NCBI GenBank assembly: GCA_016715815.1
Contig: JADJXN010000007.1
Span: 5,549-69,548 of the forward strand
Direction: 5' to 3'
Length of the DNA: 64,000 nt
Source: Oligoflexia bacterium
GTDB lineage: Bacteria; Bdellovibrionota; Bdellovibrionia; JABDDW01
A program made the translations under genes and the position numbers. Every line of letters begins with the position of its first letter. Position 1 is the stretch's first letter. This document shows, piece by piece, positions 20,736 to 30,768 of the stretch. Below the pieces are notes generated by a model, which searched no databases, was not told where the DNA came from, and saw only the letters and a list, made by a program, of their open reading frames with translations.

Positions 20736-21082
20736 ACAATTCAACCTAAGTTTTACTATAAGCCGGATTCTGTTATCGGCAATCATTCCTCTGGGAGGCA
20801 AATTACTTTGCCCCTCAAGCGATCTTACCCGGAAGTCTTAAGCGAGCCACTCACTTCCCTATTTGATCTTGCACCGTGCAGAGTTTGGCTGTTTTCACTC
20901 CTTAGCTCCCTAAAAAGCTCCCGTTTCCGCTTTTAAGATCACTGCCTCAGACATTCTCTCTGTTCCACTGTTCCTCATCTTACGATGGGGGGCCGTTAGC
21001 CCCTGCACTGCTCTGTGGAGTCCGGACTTTCCTCAAACGCTAGTTATTGCATCTGCAATTGCCCGTAAAACTTAAATTGTTC
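20736..21082 (-). ncRNA. rnpB: RNase P RNA (bacterial type A)
   Basis: The minus strand contains the universally conserved P4 strands GAGGAAAGUCCGGACUCCACAGAGCA and ACAGAAUCCGGCUUAU; the P1 helix pairs 5' AAUUUAAGUUUUAC with 3' GUAAAACUUAGGUUG; ~345 nt ORF-free region. Confidence 0.8.
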
Positions 21083-21137
21083 TTTGTATATAACAAAAAA
21101 ATTTGAAATAGGGAACAACGAGGTTATTTTAATTTGC

Positions 21138-21680
21138 TTAGAACCGGCAAGTTAGCTCGGTGTGTTTAGAATAGCCAGACAATCTTGCAAATTCTACTAG
21201 AATGTATACGCCTAATATCTTACCCGTTGGGCTTTTAAGAATATCAATGGTCGCTCTTTCTACTGGTGCATATTGGTTATTTTGCCTTTTAAGGCGCACA
21301 ATTCTACTTTTTTGCGCATTAGATTCAATTGTTAAAACCCTGTTAGAAGTTTGGTTGGCAGTGTGTAAATCAAATTTAGAAAAAAGAGTGTAGTTTTGAG
21401 CAGATAAGCTTGCAGATACTTCTCTATATGGGGCTGTAACCGGTGTAGCACCCACCTCATTGTAATTAAGCGTAAATTGACAAGCAAGGTTTGGCTGCTG
21501 TTGAACTACTCCCTTTAAATTAAGCTCTCTTTTCCCAGGAGGAATAAATGAGCGTAAGAGATCTATTGCTTGATTCTCTTTATTAGCCTGAGCAAAAGGT
21601 GAAAACGAAAATAAAACTGCTAGTATAAATATTAAAACTTTCATTTGACCTCCAAAATTAACCAACAACAAATTAACCAT
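21138..21680 (-). CDS. hypothetical secreted protein
   Basis: Signal peptide; no domain recognised. Confidence 0.35.
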   Translation of the reverse strand: MVNLLLVNFGGQMKVLIFILAVLFSFSPFAQANKENQAIDLLRSFIPPGKRELNLKGVVQQQPNLACQFTLNYNEVGATPVTAPYREVSASLSAQNYTLFSKFDLHTANQTSNRVLTIESNAQKSRIVRLKRQNNQYAPVERATIDILKSPTGKILGVYILVEFARLSGYSKHTELTCRF

Positions 21681-22089
21681 CTAAGGCTTGGTTGGCAAGC
21701 TTATCCGCAATTTTATTTTGCTCACGCGGTATATACTCAAATTTAACGTCTTTAAACGCCAAAACCAGTTCATTGGCTTTTACAAATAATGGAATAATCC
21801 CCTCAGCTTTTACCTTATATTCGCCAATCATTTGGCGAACCATTAACTGAGAATCTGCTTTAAGAATTAGTCTTTTAACACCCGCTTTTTTGCATACATT
21901 TAAGGCCACCAACATTCCCATATACTCAGCATAGTTATTGGTCCGCTCACCTAATCTTTCAGCACCCTCTAATAAAATATCCCCTTTAAGATTGGTAATC
22001 ACAAAACCAAAAGAGGCAGGCCCGGGATTGCCGCGGCTGGCTCCATCGGTGTAAACAATAACTTGCTCAGGTAGTTTAAGTTTACTCAT
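21673..22089 (-). CDS. ribonuclease H (RNase HI-like)
   Basis: VYTDGASRGNPGPASFGFVI...NNYAEYMG... with the catalytic D/E/D pattern; start taken as MSKLKL, overlapping the upstream stop. Confidence 0.75.
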   Translation of the reverse strand: MSKLKLPEQVIVYTDGASRGNPGPASFGFVITNLKGDILLEGAERLGERTNNYAEYMGMLVALNVCKKAGVKRLILKADSQLMVRQMIGEYKVKAEGIIPLFVKANELVLAFKDVKFEYIPREQNKIADKLANQALDG

Positions 22090-22802
22090 TGAAGAGGGGC
22101 TTGGCAGAGAATTCTCATACAATGTGGACACTCTAAAATTTCCTCACCCTTTTGTAGTTTAACAAACATTTGCTCAGGAATTAACACATCGCAAGAGCTG
22201 CATCTTTTGTTTTTAACAATTCCCACGCCATGACCATATATAGAGCTAATTCTCTCATATTTTTGCAAAAATGCTGGGGAAATATTTTTTTTAAATTCTT
22301 CTTTTTCTTTTGTTGCCACTACTATTTCCTGCTGTCTTGTCTGCACAACAATTTCAAGGGCGTTTTTCTTGTCTTTTAAAAGAGCCTCAAGGTTTTCTTT
22401 ATTTTCTTTAATTTTTGAAAGCTCAACACCAAGTTCAATTTTATGAGAATCAATTTTTTCAATTTCAACGTTACGATCTTTGCAAAGTTTTTTTAATTTA
22501 TCTATGTGCTTTTGGGTGAAATGATACTCTTTATGCCTACCCAAAATTGAAGGGATTTTTGCTTCAAGCTCTTTTGCCAGTTTTGTATCTGATTGTATGG
22601 CATTAACATAATCTAATCTTTGCTTATCTAAATCGCTATGTTGCCACTGTAATGATTCATATTTTGTAGTAATAACTAGAAGATCTGATTCTAGGTTTTT
22701 TAAATCAAGGGGAATAAAGCGTAAAACTTTCTGTGCTGCTTGAATTTTTAAATCAAACTTCTGAAATTCTGCCAGTTTTTTGAGTTCTTCTTGCACTTGC
22801 AT
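22086..22802 (-). CDS. zinc-ribbon/coiled-coil protein (COG1579-like)
   Basis: Long coiled coil plus C-terminal CxxC...CxxC (CSSCDV...CPHC); this family commonly neighbours rnhA. Confidence 0.6.
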   Translation of the reverse strand: MQVQEELKKLAEFQKFDLKIQAAQKVLRFIPLDLKNLESDLLVITTKYESLQWQHSDLDKQRLDYVNAIQSDTKLAKELEAKIPSILGRHKEYHFTQKHIDKLKKLCKDRNVEIEKIDSHKIELGVELSKIKENKENLEALLKDKKNALEIVVQTRQQEIVVATKEKEEFKKNISPAFLQKYERISSIYGHGVGIVKNKRCSSCDVLIPEQMFVKLQKGEEILECPHCMRILCQAPLQ

Positions 22803-22870
22803 AAACGCCTTCTTATTTAGTTTTCAAAAATCCCATCCAGAACTCTGATACTCCGTGCTCCGAGAACATT

Positions 22871-22910
22871 CCGATATCAGATATCTGATATCGGATATCA
22901 GATATCAGAG
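22871..22910. repeat. perfect 24-nt palindrome embedded in 5 tandem GATATCN heptads
   Basis: CCGATATCAGATATCTGATATCGG followed by ATATCAGATATCA; immediately 3' of tRNA-Met. Confidence 0.7.
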
Positions 22911-22917
22911 TGGTTCA

Positions 22918-22994
22918 TGGTGGGCCCACCAGGATTTGAACCTGGGACTGCCCGGTTATGAGCCGGGAGCTCTAACCAGCTGAGCTATAGGCCC
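22918..22994 (-). tRNA. tRNA-Met (anticodon CAT; could be tRNA-Ile2/lysidine)
   Basis: Minus strand GGGCCUAUAGCUCAGCUGGUUAGAGCUCCCGGCUCAUAACCGGG...GGUUCAAAUCCUGGUGGGCCCACCA; cloverleaf with a CAU anticodon loop. Confidence 0.85.
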
Positions 22995-23036
22995 TCTTTG
23001 TTTTAAACAATTATCAAGAAAGTTTGTTATTCCTTC

Positions 23037-25082
23037 TTAGCTATCTATAAAAGCTTTGAGCTTTTTAGCACGGCTTGGGTGACGCAATTTTCTTAGCGCC
23101 TTGGCTTCAATTTGTCTAATACGCTCACGGGTTACGTTAAAATCCTGTCCAACCTCTTCAAGCGTATGATCACTTTCTTCACCAATACCAAAACGCATTC
23201 TTAATACTTTCTCCTCACGGGGAGTCAAAGTTGCAAGCACGCGTCTTGTTTGCTCTGCTAAATTTAAGTTAATAATGGCCTCTGCAGGGTTAATAACTTT
23301 TTTATCCTCAATAAAATCCCCTAAATGCGAATCTTCTTCTTCACCTACAGGAGTCTCAAGGCTAATTGGCTCTTTTGCTATTTTTAAAACTTTTCTAACT
23401 TTATCAATGGGCATTTCCATCTTTTCTGCAATTTCCTCAGGTGTTGGTTCGCGCCCAATTTCTTGTACTAAATAACGTGATGTACGAATAAGCTTGTTAA
23501 TTGTCTCTATCATGTGAACCGGTATACGAATGGTTCTGGCCTGGTCTGCAATAGCTCTTGTAATGGCTTGGCGGATCCACCAAGTTGCATAGGTTGAAAA
23601 CTTGTAACCTCGACGGTATTCAAACTTATCAACCGCCTTCATAAGACCAATGTTACCCTCTTGAATTAAATCTAAAAACTGTAACCCGCGGTTGGTATAC
23701 TTTTTAGCAATACTCACCACTAAACGTAAGTTTGCTTCAACAAGTTCTGCTTTTGCTTTATCAGCTTTTCTCTGGCCCGCTTCAATGCCCCAGTAGGTTT
23801 CCTTAACCCAACCATAGTGCATCTCTGCTTCTTCAACGACGCGGTCAATTCTTGCTTGAAATTTTGAAAGCTGCTCAACCAAAACCTCAAGGGCTTCAAA
23901 GGTCATGTTTGTATCTCTAAGAAGCTTTGATCTGTCTTTGGGGTTTTCTTGCATTCTTTTTTGAAGCTCAAGAAGTGCTTTAAAATCTATAACTTTTGCT
24001 TTTGTCACACCTGTTTTAATTTGCCCGTGAAGGTAATTAAGGCGGCTAACAAGGTTTTTAAATTTAATAACAATACGGTCAATGGTTTTACGGTTAAAGC
24101 TTACGTCTTGGAAATTTTTAAAAACTTCAGCCTTGTTTTTATCAAGCTCGGCGTAAATTTTATCTTTTACCGCAATGGCAAGGCCCGGCTTGTTAAGCTG
24201 CTCAAAATATTTTTGTGATTTCTTTTTATAGTTTTTAACATGGCCAATTAAAGAATGAATTTTTTCAATATACTCTTTTTCATCATAGGTTGTGTCTTCG
24301 TCTTCAAGACCGCGAAAAATACTTTTTACTTTAATTCTGCCGGCATTAAGTCTGTCGCCAATGTTTATAATTTCACAGGTTCCAAGAGGAGAGCTTAAAA
24401 TAACTTTTAAAATTTCTAGCTCGCCCTCTTCAATCTTTTTAGCGATTTCTACTTCGCCTTCGCGGGTAAGAAGGCTCACACTACCCATTTTTCTTAAATA
24501 AAGTCTAACAGGGTCATTGCCTTTTCCGGCGGCATCAGTACTTTCTGCCTCTTCCTCTTCTTCGTCTTCATCCTCATCAGAGTCTGAAGATTCTGCTGGC
24601 TCGCTTAAAAACTCTTCGTCTTTTCCACCTTTTGTTTTTTTAGTGCCATCTACAAGTTTGATGTTACTTTCTTCAATAGCAGTCATTAAAATTTCAATAA
24701 GCTCAGGGGATGTGATTTCAGGAGGCAATAAATCGTTTATTTCTTCAAAAGTTACAAACCCGCGGGTGGAACCAAGAGCAATAAAACGTTTAATTTCACT
24801 TTGTATTTTTTCAAATAATTCTTTTGAAGGTGGTCTTTCTGGCTCGCGCTTTGGTTGCACCTCTGCTGTGATAACCACACTTTCTTGAATAACTACTTTT
24901 TCCTCAATAATAACTGCGGGCTTTTTTGCTTTTGACACTGCCACTGTGGCTTGCACTTTTTTTGATGCAAGCTTACCAATACCAATAGCCTTTACTTTAG
25001 GGGCCTTTGCACTTTTAGCCACAACTTTTTTAGCGGGCTTTTTTGCTTTAAGGGGTTTTTTTGTTTTTTTGTTCTTTGTCAT
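23037..25082 (-). CDS. rpoD: RNA polymerase sigma-70 factor RpoD
   Basis: Regions 1.1 to 4 recognisable ([37 protein letters not shown], region 4.2 [27 protein letters not shown]); acidic/Lys-rich N-terminal extension. Confidence 0.95.
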   Translation of the reverse strand: MTKNKKTKKPLKAKKPAKKVVAKSAKAPKVKAIGIGKLASKKVQATVAVSKAKKPAVIIEEKVVIQESVVITAEVQPKREPERPPSKELFEKIQSEIKRFIALGSTRGFVTFEEINDLLPPEITSPELIEILMTAIEESNIKLVDGTKKTKGGKDEEFLSEPAESSDSDEDEDEEEEEAESTDAAGKGNDPVRLYLRKMGSVSLLTREGEVEIAKKIEEGELEILKVILSSPLGTCEIINIGDRLNAGRIKVKSIFRGLEDEDTTYDEKEYIEKIHSLIGHVKNYKKKSQKYFEQLNKPGLAIAVKDKIYAELDKNKAEVFKNFQDVSFNRKTIDRIVIKFKNLVSRLNYLHGQIKTGVTKAKVIDFKALLELQKRMQENPKDRSKLLRDTNMTFEALEVLVEQLSKFQARIDRVVEEAEMHYGWVKETYWGIEAGQRKADKAKAELVEANLRLVVSIAKKYTNRGLQFLDLIQEGNIGLMKAVDKFEYRRGYKFSTYATWWIRQAITRAIADQARTIRIPVHMIETINKLIRTSRYLVQEIGREPTPEEIAEKMEMPIDKVRKVLKIAKEPISLETPVGEEEDSHLGDFIEDKKVINPAEAIINLNLAEQTRRVLATLTPREEKVLRMRFGIGEESDHTLEEVGQDFNVTRERIRQIEAKALRKLRHPSRAKKLKAFIDS

Positions 25083-25089
25083 GTTCGTG

Positions 25090-26871
25090 TTATCTCCTTT
25101 GAGGTCCCTTTTGTTCTTTCGCTAGTTCAAAATAATCCTGCAACTTTTTAACATTTACTTCTGGCTCAGTTTTTATTTGGCTTAAAATTTCCTTTGCCTT
25201 AATTTTCAAACTTCGCCTGCTCACTTGTAGTATGCAATCACTTACAAGCTTTCTTTCCTCGTCTTTATCTTTAGGCCGATCCTCTACAAAAAGCGCAATC
25301 AAGTCCTTAAGTATCTGCCTTTGCGCAGTACCCAATAGAGAAGCAGCTAATCTATCAAAATCACTTGGGTTCTGACAATATTTTTCAATTATACTTTGAG
25401 CCAGCTCCCGAGTTATTGGGCTAATAAAACTGCTAATTAAGTGCTCAGTATCCCGAACACGCTCTAAGTACTCTTGTTCTACTAGCATATATTGAACCAA
25501 CAATTTTTCTTCTTTGGGTATTTCAGAGAGATTTATTAAACTTTCATTTTTCTTTGTATTTTCAATAACTTGAGCACGCTTCACGGGGCTGGCATGAGTT
25601 ATTATGTTGGTGTCAAGATTGAGCCTGTCTGCCGTTTCTTGTAAGTAAAGACTTCTTAACTGTTGATCCTTTACACGATCTAAAAATGGCTGAATCTGGC
25701 TTAAAACTTCTTTCTTATCAGTGGCTCGCCCTTTAAATCCCCTCATCATGCTAGTTAAGACAACACTAAAGTGGTCGGGGGCTAATTGAAGTGCTTGTTT
25801 AAATTTTTCGGCCCCATGTAATCTAATATATTCATCAGGGTCTTTTGCACCAGTTAATACTAGGCATTTTGATAATATTGCTTCTTCTAAAAAAAACGGC
25901 AATGCTCTTTGTGCTGCAATTTGGCCGGCCTCATCACTATCAAATAAAACAGTAACTTTATTACAAAGTTTTTTGATGGCTCTAGCATGCTCATGGGTAA
26001 ATGCAGTGCCTAAAGTTGCTACCACATTTTTAATTCCAAATTGGTAAAGAGAAATTAAATCCATATAACCTTCAACCAATATAACTTCTTTTTCCGCTCT
26101 AATGTATTTGGCCGTGGCATGTACCCCGTAAAGCGTTTTACTTTTGTTAAAAACAGGGGTCTCAGGAGAATTTAAATATTTTGGCTGTTCATTTTCATCA
26201 ATACTGCGCCCACCAAAACCTAAAACATTTTCTGAAACCGAAATAATAGGAAACATCAAACGGTTTCTAAAAATATCAAAATGTTCTTGGTTTTGTTTTT
26301 TCTTTATAAGGCCTAGTTTTTCACAAAGTGCTAAAGGAGCTTTTGCTTTTTTTAAAATCTCACTCAAAGTTGACCAAGAATTTGGAGCAAAGCCGATTTT
26401 AAAATCCTCTAAAACTTCTTCACTTAAATTTCTTTTTTTAATGTATTGCCAAATGGGATGATCTTTTTTTTGAGCTTTTAGGTTTTTATAAAAATAAGAA
26501 GCTACATATTTATTAAGTTTAAAAAAGGTTTTAATCTCATTTTCTTTTTCTTGGTCTTCTTTTTTGTATTCAATCTTGGGAATAGGAATTCCAGCACGGT
26601 TTGCAAGGGCCTCCACTGATTGCACAAAATCCATTCCGTGGTAATCCATCATAAAGCTAAATACATTGCCCGATTTTCTACAACCAAAGCAGTGGTAAAC
26701 TTGTTTTGGCTCACTGACAAAAAAACTAGGCGTGCGTTCAGCATGGCCCGGAAAAGGGCAAAGGCCTTTAAGGCTTGAGCCTGAGTGAGACAGCTCAACA
26801 ACATCACCAATAACACTTACAATGTCATTGGCGTCTCTGACTTTATCAATAAAGTCGGCCTGAAACTTCAA
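25090..26871 (-). CDS. dnaG: DNA primase DnaG
   Basis: Zinc-ribbon [19 protein letters not shown] (EGYMDLISL...DSDEAG); operon with rpsU and rpoD. Confidence 0.9.
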   Translation of the reverse strand: MKFQADFIDKVRDANDIVSVIGDVVELSHSGSSLKGLCPFPGHAERTPSFFVSEPKQVYHCFGCRKSGNVFSFMMDYHGMDFVQSVEALANRAGIPIPKIEYKKEDQEKENEIKTFFKLNKYVASYFYKNLKAQKKDHPIWQYIKKRNLSEEVLEDFKIGFAPNSWSTLSEILKKAKAPLALCEKLGLIKKKQNQEHFDIFRNRLMFPIISVSENVLGFGGRSIDENEQPKYLNSPETPVFNKSKTLYGVHATAKYIRAEKEVILVEGYMDLISLYQFGIKNVVATLGTAFTHEHARAIKKLCNKVTVLFDSDEAGQIAAQRALPFFLEEAILSKCLVLTGAKDPDEYIRLHGAEKFKQALQLAPDHFSVVLTSMMRGFKGRATDKKEVLSQIQPFLDRVKDQQLRSLYLQETADRLNLDTNIITHASPVKRAQVIENTKKNESLINLSEIPKEEKLLVQYMLVEQEYLERVRDTEHLISSFISPITRELAQSIIEKYCQNPSDFDRLAASLLGTAQRQILKDLIALFVEDRPKDKDEERKLVSDCILQVSRRSLKIKAKEILSQIKTEPEVNVKKLQDYFELAKEQKGPQRR

Positions 26872-26891
26872 AAGCCCCCCATAAATTGTTA

Positions 26892-27371
26892 TTAACTTAG
26901 CTTAGACTTAACCACTTCGCTGATGAGTTTACCATCAGCCATGCCTTGAGCTTTTGCCATAACTGCTTTCATTACAAGACCCATATCTTTTGCTGAGCTT
27001 GCTTTTGTTTCAGTAATGGCTTGAGCCACAAGGGCCTCAACTTGTTCTTTGGACATCATTTGAGGGAGGTAAGACTCTATTACTTTAAGTTCTGCCTTTT
27101 CTTGGTCGGCCAAATCTTGGCGCCCACCGGCTACAAACTGCTCAATAGAATCTTTGCGCTGCTTTACCAAAGTTTTTAGCACTGAAATAATAAGCTCATC
27201 AGCTTTTTGGTCTTCAGTACGTTTATCATTGGGGTCAGCTGCTTTTACTCTCTCATCGATCTCTTTGTTTTTAACTGCTGATTGAACCATTCTTATGGTT
27301 GAAAGCTTTATCTTGTCGCCACTTTTCATGGCGGCTTTTAAATCTTCCATCATTTTAGCTTTTAAAGACAC
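26892..27371 (-). CDS. GatB/YqeY domain protein
   Basis: 159 aa typical YqeY sequence; conserved position between rpsU and dnaG. Confidence 0.8.
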   Translation of the reverse strand: MSLKAKMMEDLKAAMKSGDKIKLSTIRMVQSAVKNKEIDERVKAADPNDKRTEDQKADELIISVLKTLVKQRKDSIEQFVAGGRQDLADQEKAELKVIESYLPQMMSKEQVEALVAQAITETKASSAKDMGLVMKAVMAKAQGMADGKLISEVVKSKLS

Positions 27372-27373
27372 TT

Positions 27374-27571
27374 TTAGTACTCCGATTTCTTCCCTTTTTT
27401 TAAATTTCTCTTACGAGCCGCAATAGACTTCTTTTTAAGTCTTACGCTGGGTTTTTCATAGTGTTCGCGTTTTTTAACCTCAGACAAAATGCCACCTTTT
27501 TCAACTTGCTTTTTAAAGCGTCTTAAAGCTCCTTCAAAGCTTTCACCTTCTCTAATTTTTACACCTGGCAT
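27374..27571 (-). CDS. rpsU: 30S ribosomal protein S21
   Basis: 65 aa basic protein ([34 protein letters not shown]). Confidence 0.9.
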   Translation of the reverse strand: MPGVKIREGESFEGALRRFKKQVEKGGILSEVKKREHYEKPSVRLKKKSIAARKRNLKKGKKSEY

Positions 27572-27665
27572 TTAAAATTCACCCGCCTCTCATAATAAAT
27601 TTAAACACTGATAGGTATCAATGCCCCTTGTTTTTGTCAACAAAGCCCTCTAATAATAGCCACTT

Positions 27666-28049
27666 ATGTCTGACTTAAATGACCAAAAATGGATGAAAAC
27701 CGCTTTAAAGCTTGCTGAAGAGGCCCAAGCCCTTGGCGAGGTCCCAGTTGGGGCATTAGTGGTTCAGACAAAGGACCTTAAAACTGGTGAAAATTTAGTT
27801 GAGCCGGTTTTAATTTCAAAGGCTTTTAATAACCGAGAATCTGCCCAAAACCCGGTAGGCCATGCTGAGCTTTTAGCTATCAGTGAGGCTTCAAAAAAGT
27901 TGAATCGTTGGCGCTTAACTGGCTGCACACTTTATGTAACTTTAGAGCCTTGTGTGATGTGCGCAGGTGCCATTGTACTTTCCCGCATTGATCGGGTTGT
28001 GTTTGGAGCGCATGATCCAAAAGCAGGTGCTATTGAATCTATTTTATAA
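27666..28049 (+). CDS. tadA: tRNA-specific adenosine deaminase TadA, N-terminal part (apparent frameshift; C-terminus continues in frame +1 to 28155)
   Basis: HAELLAI and LEPCVMCAGAI zinc motifs in this frame; the conserved C-terminus ...VTSGVCSEEAGALLKNFF is encoded by overlapping ORF 27967..28155 in another frame. Confidence 0.7.
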   Translation: MSDLNDQKWMKTALKLAEEAQALGEVPVGALVVQTKDLKTGENLVEPVLISKAFNNRESAQNPVGHAELLAISEASKKLNRWRLTGCTLYVTLEPCVMCAGAIVLSRIDRVVFGAHDPKAGAIESIL

Positions 28050-28395
28050 AATATTTTTTGATAAAAAATTAAATCACACGCCGAAAGTTACATCAGGTGT
28101 TTGCTCTGAGGAGGCGGGGGCTTTATTAAAAAACTTTTTTTTAAAAAAAAGATAAGCGACCTTGTTGAAGCTTGTGCCGTCAATAGCTACCCATGTGTTA
28201 TACAAATGCCCACACTCTCACTCTTAAGCCCAAAAACGCAATAAAATCGAAAATAGGTAAATAATAATACGAGCCGCTATTAACAAAATTCTAAAACTAG
28301 ACTCATACTTTATTATATACCGCCGAATCTTCCTTATGAGGTGTTTTGTTCTCATAAGTACCCCCTTTCAAATGCCAGGGGGAACTCCGTTTCCA

Positions 28396-28430
28396 AAAGG
28401 GCGACAACAAGGTCGCCCTTTTCTTTTATG
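28396..28430 (+). terminator. rho-independent terminator (possible 3' end of a small RNA)
   Basis: AAGGGCGACaacaagGTCGCCCTT followed by TTCTTTT; preceded by two further hairpins at ~28345-28390. Confidence 0.45.
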
Positions 28431-28606
28431 CAAAGACAAGTTCAGCTTCGCTCTTAAATATATTTATTTTTAAATATCTTTGTGTCCGACAGGCGGACCA
28501 AAAAATCCGGAATTCTGACTAACTTTTTAACAAAACTTGTCCGACTTAAGTTTAGCCTAGGCACTCCCGATAGCTCTTTTGGGTAACAAATAAAGGGGCG
28601 TCTTTC

Positions 28607-29023
28607 ATGAAGTTAAAGTTAACTTTTCTTATTCTTCCATTTATTTTTTTAAACTTTGCAGAGGCACGGTTTTCAAACCTAAAAATTGCTAGCCCATTTA
28701 TTGAAAATGGCGGCTCCGGATGTGATGACCATAATTGCATTTGGCTAACTGGAAAAAACTTTAAGGCTACAAATACAGTTATCTTATTTATACCTAATAC
28801 ATTTTTTAGTTTAGCAACATACAATGTGGAGTTTACTGCTAATAATCAAAACTCAGGAAAAGACTTAATAACCTTTAGAATTACAGATACTAGTGTCCAA
28901 GAGATTTTTGCATCAAGCGGGTTAAGGGTACAAATTATTGACAACACCACGGGAGAAAGATCAGCTTTTTCTCTGTTAAAAAAAGAGACTCCTCAACCAC
29001 CACCTCCTCCTTCTGTGTACTAA
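28607..29023 (+). CDS. hypothetical secreted protein with C-terminal poly-Pro tail
   Basis: Signal peptide (FIFLNFAEA); ends ...ETPQPPPPPSVY. Confidence 0.4.
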   Translation: MKLKLTFLILPFIFLNFAEARFSNLKIASPFIENGGSGCDDHNCIWLTGKNFKATNTVILFIPNTFFSLATYNVEFTANNQNSGKDLITFRITDTSVQEIFASSGLRVQIIDNTTGERSAFSLLKKETPQPPPPPSVY

Positions 29024-29036
29024 CCCACCACCTCAA

Positions 29037-30017
29037 GTGGTTATTAATACCTGCCAAGAAGTTGGTTACCCAGCAAATTATGTTGGCTCTTACATTAGCA
29101 GACGTCAATTTGATTGCGTAACACAAACCTATTCAGACTGGCAAAGAGAAGATACCTGCAAGCCAAATGATGTTTTACCTCCACCCCCTCCAACACCGCC
29201 TGTTGCAACTAGTGGTTGGCAAACAAAATATGTAGGCTTTTATGCCTCCGCCCTCTATGGGGTTGGAAGTGGAAACTATATTCAAGAAGTATCAGCTGTT
29301 TCTAATGTGGTTTTAGTAGGCTCAACAGATCCTGATTTAATTTTAAAGCTCCAAACAGCTAAAGATTTAAATATGAAGGTACTTATCTCAACACGTTGGA
29401 GTTTTTTTGATGGCAATGGTGATATTGTCTCAAACCACATACAAAATTGGCATACCTTAAGGCAAAAACTTGAGCCCTTTAGAACAAGTATTATTGGCTT
29501 TTACTTGGCAGATGAGCCTTATTGGATACATCAATTAGGTCATTCTCCAGATTTACGCCACTATGACTGGGTAAGAGACTGGTTAAACCATCTTTCAAGA
29601 ATTATTAAAATAGATTGGCCTGAAGCTATTACCGCATTTGTTGAGGCCTACCCCATTTTTACTGAGGGACATTTTTTAAACCCTGAGCTTGTGGATTGGA
29701 TTGGCATGGATTGCTACGAAGGTTTTGATAGTTGTGGTGGAAAAAGCATTCCCTGGTATTATGAGCAAATTAAAAAAACAATGCACTCTAAACAAAAGCT
29801 CATAGCAGTTCCAGGTGTGGGAAAACCAATTAACTCAGCCAAAACTGAATCACAAATTTTAAATGAGCTTAAAAAGTATGATGAAATGATAAAGGCTGAC
29901 TCACGCTTTATTATGACAATGCCCTTTTTGTGGCAAAGCTTTGGCTCATCCTCTGATGGTGGTTGGCACGGGGCCCGTGATTTAAGCTCTGTAAAAGCAG
30001 AGCTTTTAAAGCGCTAA
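29037..30017 (+). CDS. hypothetical protein, possible TIM-barrel glycoside-hydrolase-like; may be the frameshifted continuation of the previous ORF
   Basis: GTG-started ORF with no signal peptide of its own; begins with a second Pro-rich linker (PPPPPTPPVATSG). Confidence 0.4.
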   Translation: MVINTCQEVGYPANYVGSYISRRQFDCVTQTYSDWQREDTCKPNDVLPPPPPTPPVATSGWQTKYVGFYASALYGVGSGNYIQEVSAVSNVVLVGSTDPDLILKLQTAKDLNMKVLISTRWSFFDGNGDIVSNHIQNWHTLRQKLEPFRTSIIGFYLADEPYWIHQLGHSPDLRHYDWVRDWLNHLSRIIKIDWPEAITAFVEAYPIFTEGHFLNPELVDWIGMDCYEGFDSCGGKSIPWYYEQIKKTMHSKQKLIAVPGVGKPINSAKTESQILNELKKYDEMIKADSRFIMTMPFLWQSFGSSSDGGWHGARDLSSVKAELLKR

Positions 30018-30042
30018 ACCATAATTAAATTAATTAAGCTTA

Positions 30043-30768
30043 TTATGTTTTAAATAAAGCTTTGCTTGGCGAAGAAAAAAACTTGTCCCCATAAGAACAG
30101 CTAAATAAAACCAAAACCCCATCCTTGTAGCCGCCCTTTCTGAAATAAGATTTTAGAAAAATAGAAAGTCCTGAAAAAACATATAAAACATTATGTTTTA
30201 CACCTTTTTTATAAAGCGCCTCGGCATCTAAAGAAGAGTAGGTATTAATTTTATCCATCATGAGGGATAGTGTTTCAGGCGGAAAGTGCAAAATGGGAAA
30301 TTCAATTCTTCTAATTTCACCTTCAAAAGTAACATACTCATGCACCTCACCTATAAACTCGCAATCTTGGCGTTTAAAAAGTCTCCATTGATATGAAGGG
30401 GTTTTTTCTCCATAAAAATAAATTTTCCCCCTAAAGTGCTCAAGCCTTTTAACTTCTATAAGGCTTACTTCTTTTTTGGTAGCAACACCTTTGGGATGAG
30501 GGGCATCACATAAGTGAATCAAGTTTGAGAGCTGCCCGGGGCCTGATTGTTTGAATTTTTTCAAAAAACTTATTAGCTCTGGTGAGCATCCACTCCAGGC
30601 TCTCACAAAAACTTTATTAGAATATTTTTTGGCAATTTCTAAGGTTTTATCCTCACTTTGAGCATCAACAACAATAATTTCATCTGCCCATTTCAAGCTT
30701 TCAAGGCAGTTTTGAATGTTTTTTTCTTCGTTTTTTGTAATAACAAATGCTGAAATACTAGTTTGCAT
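30043..30768 (-). CDS. glycosyltransferase family 2 (LPS-core type)
   Basis: N-terminal AFVITKNEEKNIQNCLESL...DEIIVVDAQSEDKT. Confidence 0.7.
   Translation of the reverse strand: MQTSISAFVITKNEEKNIQNCLESLKWADEIIVVDAQSEDKTLEIAKKYSNKVFVRAWSGCSPELISFLKKFKQSGPGQLSNLIHLCDAPHPKGVATKKEVSLIEVKRLEHFRGKIYFYGEKTPSYQWRLFKRQDCEFIGEVHEYVTFEGEIRRIEFPILHFPPETLSLMMDKINTYSSLDAEALYKKGVKHNVLYVFSGLSIFLKSYFRKGGYKDGVLVLFSCSYGDKFFSSPSKALFKT

Noticed and set aside
23275-24888. Four ORFs (23275..23475, 23949..24218, 24292..24501, 24517..24888) on the plus strand inside rpoD
   Set aside because: They are antisense to a well-supported sigma-70 gene and have low-complexity translations (poly-Ser/Leu). They are shadow ORFs of the acidic and Lys-rich regions.
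28155-28600. tmRNA, SRP RNA or 6S RNA in the tadA downstream gap
   Set aside because: No GGUUCGA-type T-arm or CCA end (tmRNA) was seen by eye. No GGAAGCAGCC domain-IV motif (SRP) was seen either. Only a generic hairpin+terminator sRNA candidate was retained.
28552-28824. Minus-strand 90-aa ORF overlapping the start of the 28607 gene
   Set aside because: It is antisense to a signal-peptide-bearing ORF with good start context. There is no supporting motif.
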